Assembly: GCA_944336625.1 (NCBI GenBank)
Contig: CALVLF010000048.1
Coordinates: 1 to 19,942, forward strand
DNA: 19,942 nt
Direction: 5' to 3'
DNA from: an uncultured Clostridia bacterium
GTDB lineage: Bacteria; Bacillota; Clostridia; Christensenellales; CAG-138
Shown here: positions 8,171 to 15,913 of the stretch, one piece after another
Layout of the letters: every line of letters begins with the position of its first letter
Numbering within the stretch: position 1 is the first letter of the stretch
Translations under genes and position numbers: made by a program
The notes under the pieces: model-generated
Databases searched by the model: none
The model's input: the letters and a program-made list of their open reading frames with translations, nothing else
What the model was told of the DNA's origin: nothing

Positions 8171-9106
8171 ATGGACAAGGTATATGATGTAATTATCATC
8201 GGTGCAGGCCCTGCTGGGCTTGCCGCCGGCAGTTATGCAGGACGCGCCCGCCTTTCTACCCTCATTATTGAGAAACAGAAGGACGGCGGCCAGATCGTCA
8301 TCACGGCTGAGATCGAGAACTATCCCGGCAGCATTGAGGGCGAAACGGGTCCCAGCTTAATCGGCCGCATGGTGAAGCAGGCCGAGCATTTCGGCGCGGA
8401 GAAGGTTTATGACACCATCGAAGACGTAGAGCTCGAGGGCGAGATTAAGCACCTCAAGGGCAAGAATGGCGACTATTATGCCAAGACCGTTATCATTGCC
8501 ACCGGTGCTAATCCCCGGCCCATCGGCTGCCCCGGCGAAAAGGAGCTGACTGGTAAGGGCGTATCCTACTGCGCAACCTGCGATGGCGCATTCTTTGAGG
8601 GGCTGGATATCTACGTGGTAGGCGGCGGCGACAGCGCCGTGGAAGAGGCCATGTATCTGACCAAGTTCGGCCGCAAGGTAACCATCATCCACCGCCGGGA
8701 TGAGCTGCGCGCTGCCAAGTCTATCCAGGAGAAGGCTTTTGCCAACCCCAAGATGCACTTCATGTGGAACAGCGTAGTCGTCGAGCTCAAGGGCGATGGT
8801 ATTCTGGAGAGCATGGTAGTCAAAAACGTCAAGACCGGGGAGCTCACCGAGATCGTTGCGGATGAGGATGACGGCACCTTCGGCGTATTCTGCTTCATTG
8901 GCTTCCTGCCCAACAGCGCACTGTTTGAGGGCAAGGTGAATATGGAGAATGGCTATATCGTCACCGATGACGATATGCATACCAATATCCCTGGCGTATT
9001 CGCAGCAGGCGATATCCGCAAGAAGAGCCTGCGCCAGGTGGTGACGGCGGCTGCCGATGGTGCCATTGCTGCCATTCAGGCCAACAAATATATCGAAGGC
9101 GTATAG
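8171..9106 (+). CDS. trxB: Thioredoxin reductase (NADPH)
   Basis: Starts MDKVYDVIIIGAGPAGLAAG (FAD-binding GxGxxG), with the redox-active CATCDG and the NADPH-binding GGGDSAVEEA. The track ORF begins at TTG 8147, but ATG 8171 gives the family-typical N-terminus. Confidence 0.9.
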   Translation: MDKVYDVIIIGAGPAGLAAGSYAGRARLSTLIIEKQKDGGQIVITAEIENYPGSIEGETGPSLIGRMVKQAEHFGAEKVYDTIEDVELEGEIKHLKGKNGDYYAKTVIIATGANPRPIGCPGEKELTGKGVSYCATCDGAFFEGLDIYVVGGGDSAVEEAMYLTKFGRKVTIIHRRDELRAAKSIQEKAFANPKMHFMWNSVVVELKGDGILESMVVKNVKTGELTEIVADEDDGTFGVFCFIGFLPNSALFEGKVNMENGYIVTDDDMHTNIPGVFAAGDIRKKSLRQVVTAAADGAIAAIQANKYIEGV

Positions 9107-9140
9107 TTTACAATAATTTTCAGAAAAGGAGAGAAAGACA

Positions 9141-9458
9141 ATGCTGGAGCTTGCTAAAGACACCTTTGAAGCGGAAGTACTCAAGGCAGAAGGCACCGTA
9201 TTCGTGGATTTCTATGGCGATGGCTGCGTGCCCTGCGCCGCTCTGATGCCCTTTGTCCATGAGATGGCAGATAAGTATGGCGATAAGATCAAGTTCTGCG
9301 CCCTCAATACCACCAAGGCTCGCCGGCTGGCCATCAGCCTGAAGGTCCTGGGCCTGCCCACTATGGCGATCTTCAAGGGCGGCGAAAAGGTGGAGGAGGT
9401 CGTCAAGGACGACGCTACCCCTGAGAACATCGAGAACATGATTAAGAAGTATCTGTAG
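9141..9458 (+). CDS. trxA: Thioredoxin, grd-associated type with GCVPC active site
   Basis: 105 aa with a thioredoxin fold pattern (..VFVDFYGDGCVPCAAL....LPTMAIFKGGE..). The redox motif G-C-V-P-C is encoded at 9222..9236, replacing the canonical WCGPC. An AAGGAGAG RBS lies upstream. Confidence 0.9.
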   Translation: MLELAKDTFEAEVLKAEGTVFVDFYGDGCVPCAALMPFVHEMADKYGDKIKFCALNTTKARRLAISLKVLGLPTMAIFKGGEKVEEVVKDDATPENIENMIKKYL

Positions 9459-9544
9459 TATCCGTTAAGAATTTTGCCCCTGGGGCAGAGTGCTTATAAG
9501 CGGCTTCGGCTGCAAAAAATCTGCAAAGAAGGAGGAAAATCGTG

Positions 9545-10015
9545 ATGAGCTTGTTGAAAGACAAGAAAGTAATCATCATCGGTGACCGTGACGGCATCCC
9601 CGGCCCCGCTATCGAGGAATGCGTGAAGGATGCGGGCGCTGAGGTCGTGTTCTCCTCGACCGAATGCTTTGTCTGAACGGCCGCTGGTGCAATGGACCTG
9701 GAAAACCAGAAGCGGGTAAAGGAACTCTCCGAGAAGTATGGCCCCGAGAACATCGTTGTTGTTCTGGGCGCTGCGGAGGGCGAAGCTGCTGGCCTGGCCG
9801 CCGAAACGGTGACCAATGGCGACCCCACTTTTGCTGGTCCGTTGACAGGAGTCCAGTTGGGACTCAAGGTTTACCATGTTTGCGAGCCCGAAATCAAACA
9901 AGAGGTCTCGCCCGATCTTTATGATGAGCAGGTCGGTATGATGGAGATGGTTCTGGACGTTGATGATATCATCAGCGAAATGACCAGCATCCGCGAGCAA
10001 TACTGCAAGTATTAA
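9545..10015 (+). CDS. grdA: Glycine reductase selenoprotein A; in-frame UGA (9674..9676) decoded as selenocysteine (residue 44)
   Basis: ATG 9545 sits 9 nt after GGAGG (9531..9535) and opens [61 protein letters not shown].., the textbook Grd[14 protein letters not shown] context. The track only lists the part after the UGA (9692..10015), which is in the same frame. Confidence 0.93.
9677..9716 (+). promoter_or_regulatory. Candidate SECIS region of grdA
   Basis: CCGCU (9681..9685) can pair with AGCGG (9711..9715), enclosing an apical hairpin CUGG-AAAA-CCAG (9698..9709). An alternative is GGU/ACC (9686..9688 / 9696..9698) with loop GCAAUGG. Several competing folds exist and I cannot pick one by eye. 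Confidence 0.35.
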
Positions 10016-10030
10016 GATCAAACCAAAAAG

Positions 10031-10083
10031 GGGGGGCGCATCAGACATTTAAAATGTGTGGTGCGCTCCCCGTTCTTACTTAT
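10031..10083 (+). terminator. Long intercistronic hairpin after grdA (partial terminator/attenuator or mRNA-stabilising element)
   Basis: GGGGGGCGCA (10031..10040) pairs with UGCGCUCCCC (10062..10071) over 10 bp including one G-U. Pairing continues inward (CAGACAU / AUGUGUG with one mismatch) to a UUAAA loop. It is followed by the U-rich but interrupted GUUCUUACUUAU. Confidence 0.45.
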
Positions 10084-10125
10084 AGATTTCATTGCAAAAT
10101 TTTTATAACGGATGGTATAAAATCT

Positions 10126-11661
10126 ATGAATAGCGTAATTAAAGGCACCAGCTACATCCTTGCCCATGCCCCGGACATGGTCATTCACAATGGCTCTACC
10201 CAGACCACAGAGCGGATTGTTAACCCTAATTCCGAATATCTCGTTAAGCTGCCTTCCCACATCCGCAGCTATGAAGACGCCCTGAACTACCGGCCCAACC
10301 AGACCTATATCGGCAACATGACCCCGGCCGAGCTGGGGGAGATCCCCCAGCCCTGGTATGATAAGCCCATGGAGAACGGCCCCCGCTATGGCAAGTTCGG
10401 CGAAATCATGCCGGAAGATGAGTTCTACATGATGATGCAGGTCTGCGACGTATTTGACCTGGTGCACCTGGAAAAAGGCTTTGTGGCGGATGTAAAGCCC
10501 CGCTTTACGGCCAACCCGGTCATTTCCGAGGATATTGCCGCCCGCATCCACGATGGCATCGATATTTCCGAAATCGAGCACTTTGTCAATGAAGAGCATG
10601 CGGAAGGCCTCTATTACCAGGATAAGCTGGTGGGCTATGTAAAGCGTGCCCATGACGTGGATGTAAACCTTTCCGCCCATGTCATGCATGAGAACCTGGT
10701 CTCCAAGGCCAGCAGCGTATTGGCTTTGCTGTACGTTGTAAAGAACAGCGGCATCGATAAGAGCGAAGTCGAGTATGTAATCGACTGCTGCGAAGAGGCT
10801 TGCGGCGATGTCAACCAGCGGGGCGGCGGCAATTTTGCTAAGGCTGCGGCGGAGATCGCCGGGCTTACCTCCGCTACCGGCAGCGATATGCGGGGCTTCT
10901 GCGCAGGTCCGGCCCATGCTATGGTAGCGGCTGCTTCCCTGGTAAAGGCGGGCACCTATAAGAACGTCATCGTTACCGCCGGCGGCTGTACCGCTAAACT
11001 GGGCATGAACGGCAAGGACCATGTCAATAAGGATATGCCTGTTCTAGAGGACATGCTGGGCGGCTTCTCCGTGCTGATCAGCGCCAATGACGGCGTCAAC
11101 CCCGAGGTGGATACGGACATCATCGGCCGGCATACCGTGGGCACCGGCTCCTCTCCCCAGGCGGTTATCGGCGGCTTGGTGGCGGCGCCTCTGGCCCGGG
11201 CTGGCATGAAGATCCCGGATATCGACCGCTATGCTGCAGAAATGCAGAACCCGGATATCACCAAGCCCGCCGGCGCCGGGGACGTGCCTGCTTCCAACTA
11301 TAAGATGATCGCCGCCCTGGCCGTCAAGCAGGGCGATATGGAAAAGGCCAAGCTGGCCACCTTTGCCAAGGAACACGGCATGGTGGGCTGGGCTCCCACC
11401 CAGGGCCATATCCCCAGCGGCGTACCCTATGTAGGCTTCCTGCGGGAGCAGATCCTCAATGGCGAAGTTAATACGGCCATGATTATTGGTAAGGGCAGCC
11501 TCTTCCTGGGCCGCATGACCAACCTCTTCGATGGTATTTCCTTTGTGGTGCGCAAGAATGCAGGCGCTGCCCAGGCCCAGGAGGGCGGCGTATCCAAGGC
11601 GGAGATCAAGGGCCTCATCGCGGAAGCTCTGCGGGACTTTGCCGCCAGCATGATGGAATAG
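10126..11661 (+). CDS. grdC: Glycine reductase complex component C, beta subunit
   Basis: From ATG 10126 the protein starts MNSVIKGTSYILAHAPDMVIHNGSTQTTERIVNPNSEYL.., the typical GrdC N-terminus, and has a thiolase-like body with ..MRGFCAGPAHAMV.. . The track start at 10054 lies inside the upstream hairpin and adds 24 non-conserved residues. Confidence 0.9.
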   Translation: MNSVIKGTSYILAHAPDMVIHNGSTQTTERIVNPNSEYLVKLPSHIRSYEDALNYRPNQTYIGNMTPAELGEIPQPWYDKPMENGPRYGKFGEIMPEDEFYMMMQVCDVFDLVHLEKGFVADVKPRFTANPVISEDIAARIHDGIDISEIEHFVNEEHAEGLYYQDKLVGYVKRAHDVDVNLSAHVMHENLVSKASSVLALLYVVKNSGIDKSEVEYVIDCCEEACGDVNQRGGGNFAKAAAEIAGLTSATGSDMRGFCAGPAHAMVAAASLVKAGTYKNVIVTAGGCTAKLGMNGKDHVNKDMPVLEDMLGGFSVLISANDGVNPEVDTDIIGRHTVGTGSSPQAVIGGLVAAPLARAGMKIPDIDRYAAEMQNPDITKPAGAGDVPASNYKMIAALAVKQGDMEKAKLATFAKEHGMVGWAPTQGHIPSGVPYVGFLREQILNGEVNTAMIIGKGSLFLGRMTNLFDGISFVVRKNAGAAQAQEGGVSKAEIKGLIAEALRDFAASMME

Positions 11662-11674
11662 CGAGGGCGCGGCC

Positions 11675-12838
11675 ATGGCAAAAGACCAAGTGAAATCCCT
11701 CATCGCCCAAACCTTCCTGGATATGGCGGACGCTCTGGAGAGCGGCCGCATGGGCGGCCGTCCTAAGATCGCCCTGACGGGCATGGGCAGCGAGCATGGC
11801 GAGGAAAACGCCATGCAGGGCGCTGTTCTGGCCGCGAAGCAGGGCGTGGACGTATACTATATTGGTACCATTCATCACGAAGGGGTCACTACTGTGGAGG
11901 TCCCCGATGAGGAAGCGGGCCATAAAAAGATGGAAGAGCTGCTGGAAAGCGGCGCTGTGCAGGGCGCTGTAACCATGCACTATCCTTTCCCCATTGGCGT
12001 ATCCACCGTTGGCCGTTGCGCTACCCCGGGTAAGGGCAAGGAAATGTACATTGCCACTACTACGGGCACCTCTTCTGTGGACCGGATCGAAGGCATGGTG
12101 AAGAATGCCATCTATGGCATCATCGCCGCTAAGGCCTGCGGCACCAAGGAGCCCACCGTGGGTATCCTGAACATCGACGGCGCCCGCCAGACCGAGACCC
12201 TCCTTAAGCAGCTCCAAAGCAACGGTTACCCCATCACCTTCGCCTCCTCGGGCCGTGCGGATGGCGGCTGCATCATGCGGGGCAACGACGTGCTGACCGG
12301 CTCTGCGGACGTAATGGTTATGGATTCCCTCACGGGCAACGTGGTCATTAAGATGCTGGCAGCCGGCACCTCCGGCGGCAGCTATGAGACCATCGGCAAT
12401 GGCTACGGCCCCGGCATTGGCGAGGGCTATGACCGGCTTGTGATGATCGTCTCCCGGGCCAGCGGCGCCAACGTTATCGCCGGAGCCCTGACCTATGCAG
12501 CGGAGCTGGTAGCCGGGGATTATCAGGCTGTAGCCAAGGCGGAATTTGAAGCCGCCAACAAGGCCGGCCTGAAGAAGCTTCTGGAAGAGAGCGTTGCCTC
12601 CCGCAAGGCCCCTGCGGCCGCTGCGGCGGAGGAAGTAAAGGCTCCGCCCAAGGAGATCGTCACCGCCGCCATCGCCGGCATCGAGGTGATGGATCTGGAG
12701 GACGCGGTACAGCTTCTCTGGAAGAACAATATCTATGCGGAGTCCGGCATGGGCTGCACCGGCCCCATCGTTCTGGTGAGCGAGGCCAACTTCGAGGCTG
12801 CTAAACCCATCCTGCAAAAGGGCGGCTATATCGGCTAA
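11675..12838 (+). CDS. grdD: Glycine reductase complex component C, alpha subunit
   Basis: 387 aa with a PlsX/GrdD-like fold pattern (..KIALTGMGSEHGEE.., ..VTMHYPFPIGVSTVG.., ..GMGCTGPIVLV..). It begins 13 nt after the grdC stop and is preceded by GAGGG. Confidence 0.9.
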   Translation: MAKDQVKSLIAQTFLDMADALESGRMGGRPKIALTGMGSEHGEENAMQGAVLAAKQGVDVYYIGTIHHEGVTTVEVPDEEAGHKKMEELLESGAVQGAVTMHYPFPIGVSTVGRCATPGKGKEMYIATTTGTSSVDRIEGMVKNAIYGIIAAKACGTKEPTVGILNIDGARQTETLLKQLQSNGYPITFASSGRADGGCIMRGNDVLTGSADVMVMDSLTGNVVIKMLAAGTSGGSYETIGNGYGPGIGEGYDRLVMIVSRASGANVIAGALTYAAELVAGDYQAVAKAEFEAANKAGLKKLLEESVASRKAPAAAAAEEVKAPPKEIVTAAIAGIEVMDLEDAVQLLWKNNIYAESGMGCTGPIVLVSEANFEAAKPILQKGGYIG

Positions 12839-12900
12839 GGCGGGTTTTAGCGGGAAAAGCCATCGTCTTGGATGGCATGCATAAGAAAATTCATATGCAG

Positions 12901-12935
12901 GGCGGCATAGCATAAAGGCTATGCTGCCCTTTTGC
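12901..12935 (+). terminator. Intrinsic terminator of the grd operon
   Basis: GGCGGCAUAGC (12901..12911) pairs with GCUAUGCUGCC (12918..12928) over 11 bp including one G-U, with loop AUAAAG, followed by CUUUUGC. Confidence 0.6.
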
Positions 12936-12936
12936 A

Positions 12937-13224
12937 TGGGCGGGGGCCCGGGCAAAGTGGGGCCATACAAAAGCCTATGCGCAATACTGGCAGCGAGCGG
13001 AAGAGGGTTAGGGCTTTACAAAAGGAACCCAGGCGCAGGTACAGGAAAAAATAAAAGCCCTGCAGGCCTGCATCCACCAAAACTTTTATGCCTGTACCGA
13101 TGAAATTCTGAAAGGACTGGGCCAGATATATGTGGCGAACGCACGGTTCCGGGAGGCCATAGACGGGGCTGGCGGGCAAGGTACAGCAGCGTTCATAGGG
13201 CAAACTATAGAGGCTAAGGCATAA
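12937..13224 (+). pseudogene. Remnant of a MerR/TipAS-type (Mta-like) regulator: C-terminal TipAS domain fragment with an in-frame stop
   Basis: This frame reads ..WAGARAKWGHTKAYAQYWQRAEEG*GFTKGTQAQVQEKIKALQACIHQNFYACTDEILKGLGQIYVANARFREAIDGAGGQGTAAFIGQTIEAKA*. The pieces WG.T.AY and ..Y.C......LG.MYV.D.RF...ID.......AF...AI match the TipAS antibiotic-recognition domain as I remember it. There is a TAG at 13009..13011, no start codon and no MerR HTH upstream, and it appears shortened internally. Confidence 0.5.
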
Positions 13225-13275
13225 GGCATTCCCATCTGCCGCAGGAGCCGTAACCCCGTGCGCTACAGGTAGACG

Positions 13276-13313
13276 AACAGCATGCAGCCCGGGGTGGCTG
13301 CATGCTGTTTTGC
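13276..13313 (+). terminator. Perfect 14-bp stem hairpin with trailing Ts
   Basis: AACAGCAUGCAGCC (13276..13289) is the exact reverse complement of GGCUGCAUGCUGUU (13296..13309), with loop CGGGGU, followed by UUGC. The U-tract is short and partly inside the stem. It lies between the TipAS remnant (+) and the 3' end of the minus-strand gene 13361..13780. Confidence 0.5.
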
Positions 13314-13360
13314 AGAGGGGAAACATAAAGGGCCGGCGGCGCTGCTGGGGCTATGAATGC

Positions 13361-13780
13361 TTATAGGTAAGGCTGAAGGCGCCTAAGGTTATTTTCTTCT
13401 GTCCTTAGCAGCCGCGCCCCCAGAGAGCGGGCCTGCTCGCCGGCCTGGGCATATTCCCGAAGGGAGCGAGATAGGTCGATGATCCCTAAAAGGCTGCCCT
13501 GCATAAGCATTTCCGCCATATGGGAGGGGGTGCTGTCCAGCCGGAGATTAAAGCGCATATGGGCTTTCAGTGGGAAAAGGGGAGGCGGGGTGGGTTCCAG
13601 ATGGGTAGCTTTTAAAAGGCGTTGTGCCTCGGTTTGTGCTTCATGGTATTCGGCGAACTGATCCGCCATGGCCTTGCGGAAGTTGGCATCCTCGCAGCGC
13701 TTGATCAGTTGCCCCAGGGATACCTTGCCCATGGTGGCGTTTTCATAGATATCCTGCAAGAGTTTTGCGTTGGGGTCCAT
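13361..13780 (-). CDS. Hypothetical protein, 139 aa, predicted all-helical (possibly a four-helix-bundle or coat-F-like fold)
   Basis: Complete ORF with ATG preceded by AAAGGAG (complement of 13789..13795) at good spacing. The sequence looks protein-like (MDPNAKLLQDIYENATMGKVSLGQLIKRCEDANFRKAMADQFAEYHEAQTEAQRLL..). I do not recognise the family with confidence. Confidence 0.6.
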   Translation of the reverse strand: MDPNAKLLQDIYENATMGKVSLGQLIKRCEDANFRKAMADQFAEYHEAQTEAQRLLKATHLEPTPPPLFPLKAHMRFNLRLDSTPSHMAEMLMQGSLLGIIDLSRSLREYAQAGEQARSLGARLLRTEENNLRRLQPYL

Positions 13781-13840
13781 GTTTTTTTCTCCTTTCCTGA
13801 CGCTATATGTAGTGTGGAAGGATGGGCGGAAGAATATGCA

Positions 13841-13869
13841 TTGCTGATTTTTTACCGGTGTATTATACT
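13841..13869 (+). promoter_or_regulatory. Candidate promoter for the topoisomerase operon
   Basis: TTGCTG (13841..13846), a 17-nt spacer, then TATACT (13864..13869). A TATAAT at 13869..13874 overlaps but has no good -35 partner. Confidence 0.3.
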
Positions 13870-13942
13870 ATAATGTGGCGTTTTTCGGATTAACACACCG
13901 AATATGGTGCAAAGCGCCAATTTTATGAAACGGAGAAATGGA

Positions 13943-15913
13943 ATGTCCAAGGACTACAGCGTAAGCGATATCAAGGTGATCGAAGGCCTGGAGGCGGTGC
14001 GGATGCGGCCGGGTATGTATATCGGCTCTACCGGCGCCCGGGGCCTCCATCATATGCTTTGGGAGATCGTGGATAACGCAGTAGACGAGGCGGCGAATGG
14101 CTTTGCGGACAGGGTTTGCGTTACCCTTCATAAGGACAATTCCGTAACGGTAGAGGATAATGGCCGGGGCATCCCCGTGGGCATCCATGAAAAGCTGGGG
14201 GTTAGCGGGGTAGAGGTGGTCTTTACCCAGCTCCATGCCGGGGGCAAATTCGACAATGGGAGCTATGGTTATTCTGGCGGCCTCCATGGGGTGGGCGCCA
14301 GCGTGGTAAACGCCCTGAGCGAATATGTGGAAGCGGAGATATTTACCGGCGGAAAAGCCTATTATCAGAAATTCCACAGCTATGTGGACCAGCAGGGGCA
14401 GATCCATTCCGGCCGGCCCGTAGCCCCCCTTAGGGAAACCGGCCGCACCCGGAAGCGGGGCAGCCGGATTACCTTCCTGCCGGACAAGCGGGTGTTTGAA
14501 ACCCTGGATATGCAGTTTGACACCATCGCCAAAAGAATGCGGGAGCTGGCCTATTTGAACCGGGGCGTTACCTTTTACCTGCTGGATGAGCGGGATGGGC
14601 GGGAAAAGGAATACTGCTTTGCCGGCGGCCTGTCGGACTTTGTCCGGTATGTAAACGGGGATAAGACGCCCCTTTATGCGGAGCCTATCCACATTACCGG
14701 GGAGAAGGACGGCATCCAGGTGGATATTGCCATGCAGCACAACGATGGCTACAGCGAGAGCATCTTTTCCTACGTAAATAATATTCCCACCACCGAAGGT
14801 GGTACCCATGAAACCGGCTTTAAGGCTGCCCTGACCAAGGTGCTCAACGATTGCTGCCGCCGGCTGGATGTGCTCAAAGATAAGGATCCGGGCCTGACGG
14901 GGGAGGATTTCCGGGAAGGGCTTACGGCCATCATCTCCCTGAAGATGCACAACGTCCAGTTCGAGGGCCAGACCAAAACCCGCCTGGGGAATACGGAAGC
15001 CCGGCCTGCGGTGGAATACGTAATGACGGAAAAGCTGGTGCCTTTTTTGGAGGACCTTAAGAACGCGGAGACCACGGCCAAGATTGTAGATAAGGCCGTA
15101 AAGGCTGCAAAAGTGCGGGAAACCGCCCGAAAGGCCAAGAATATGGCCCGGGAAAAGAGCAAGCTGGAAAACGCGCCCCTGGTAGGCAAGCTTTCCAGCT
15201 GCACCGGAAGGGATCCCAAGAAAAACGAGCTGTTCATCGTAGAGGGGGACAGCGCCGGGGGCAGCGCCAAACAGGGCAGGGACCGGCGGTTCCAGGCCAT
15301 TCTGCCCCTTCGGGGAAAGCCTTTGAACGTGGAGAAAAAGCGGCTGGATCAGGTGCTGGCCAATGAGGAGTTCCGCTCCATCATCACTGCTATGGGCACC
15401 AGTATCGGGGACGATTTTGATATCACCAGCCTGCGTTATGATAAGATCATCATCCTTTCGGATGCGGATCAGGATGGGGCCCATATCCGGGCTATCCTGC
15501 TTACCTTCTTTTACCGCTATATGAAGGAGCTCATTACCGAGGGGCATGTATACATCGGCCTGCCCCCCCTTTATAAGGTGCAGAAGGGAAAGGAGATCCA
15601 CTATGCTTATGACGATAAGGAGCTGAACGCTATCATCAAAAAGGTGGGCAAGGGCTATACCCTCCAGCGTTACAAGGGCCTGGGGGAAATGAACCCGGAG
15701 CAGCTCTGGGAAACCACCATGAACCCGGAAAACCGGGCCCTGGTGCGGGTCCATATCGACGATGGGGCGGATGTGGAGCGGCTGGTTACGGTCCTCATGG
15801 GGGATAAAGTGGCCCCCCGGAAGGAATATATCAGCGAATATGCCAATTTCAACAAGGCGGATACCTTTGCAGAAAAGACCGCCATAGAGAAGGGAGGGGC
15901 ACAGCTTGGCTAA
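13943..15913 (+). CDS. parE: Type IIA DNA topoisomerase subunit B (GyrB/ParE family; topo IV ParE-like)
   Basis: ATG 13943 follows GGAGAAA. The N-terminus is [49 protein letters not shown] (GHKL ATPase), with the Toprim motifs [20 protein letters not shown] and ..[14 protein letters not shown].. . The partner subunit looks ParC-like. The B subunit alone does not discriminate between gyrase and topo IV. Confidence 0.75.
   Translation: MSKDYSVSDIKVIEGLEAVRMRPGMYIGSTGARGLHHMLWEIVDNAVDEAANGFADRVCVTLHKDNSVTVEDNGRGIPVGIHEKLGVSGVEVVFTQLHAGGKFDNGSYGYSGGLHGVGASVVNALSEYVEAEIFTGGKAYYQKFHSYVDQQGQIHSGRPVAPLRETGRTRKRGSRITFLPDKRVFETLDMQFDTIAKRMRELAYLNRGVTFYLLDERDGREKEYCFAGGLSDFVRYVNGDKTPLYAEPIHITGEKDGIQVDIAMQHNDGYSESIFSYVNNIPTTEGGTHETGFKAALTKVLNDCCRRLDVLKDKDPGLTGEDFREGLTAIISLKMHNVQFEGQTKTRLGNTEARPAVEYVMTEKLVPFLEDLKNAETTAKIVDKAVKAAKVRETARKAKNMAREKSKLENAPLVGKLSSCTGRDPKKNELFIVEGDSAGGSAKQGRDRRFQAILPLRGKPLNVEKKRLDQVLANEEFRSIITAMGTSIGDDFDITSLRYDKIIILSDADQDGAHIRAILLTFFYRYMKELITEGHVYIGLPPLYKVQKGKEIHYAYDDKELNAIIKKVGKGYTLQRYKGLGEMNPEQLWETTMNPENRALVRVHIDDGADVERLVTVLMGDKVAPRKEYISEYANFNKADTFAEKTAIEKGGAQLG

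Noticed and set aside
10054-10125. Upstream extension of grdC to the track start at 10054
   Set aside because: The extension (MCGALPVLTYRFHCKIFITDGIKS) lies inside the intercistronic hairpin and is not GrdC-like. ATG 10126 reproduces the family N-terminus.
5556-12970. Minus-strand ORFs across the grd operon (for example 6067..6714, 6823..7638, 8357..9196, 9494..10048, 10018..11022, 11044..11814, 11615..12970)
   Set aside because: All are antisense to strongly supported + strand genes, lack RBS and motifs, and have biased low-complexity composition.
12919-13326. 135-aa minus-strand ORF and 60-aa + ORF (12921..13103) downstream of grdD
   Set aside because: The products are Cys/Pro/Leu-rich and implausible, and the ORFs overlap two terminator hairpins. 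The only protein-like reading in this region is the interrupted TipAS-like frame on the + strand.
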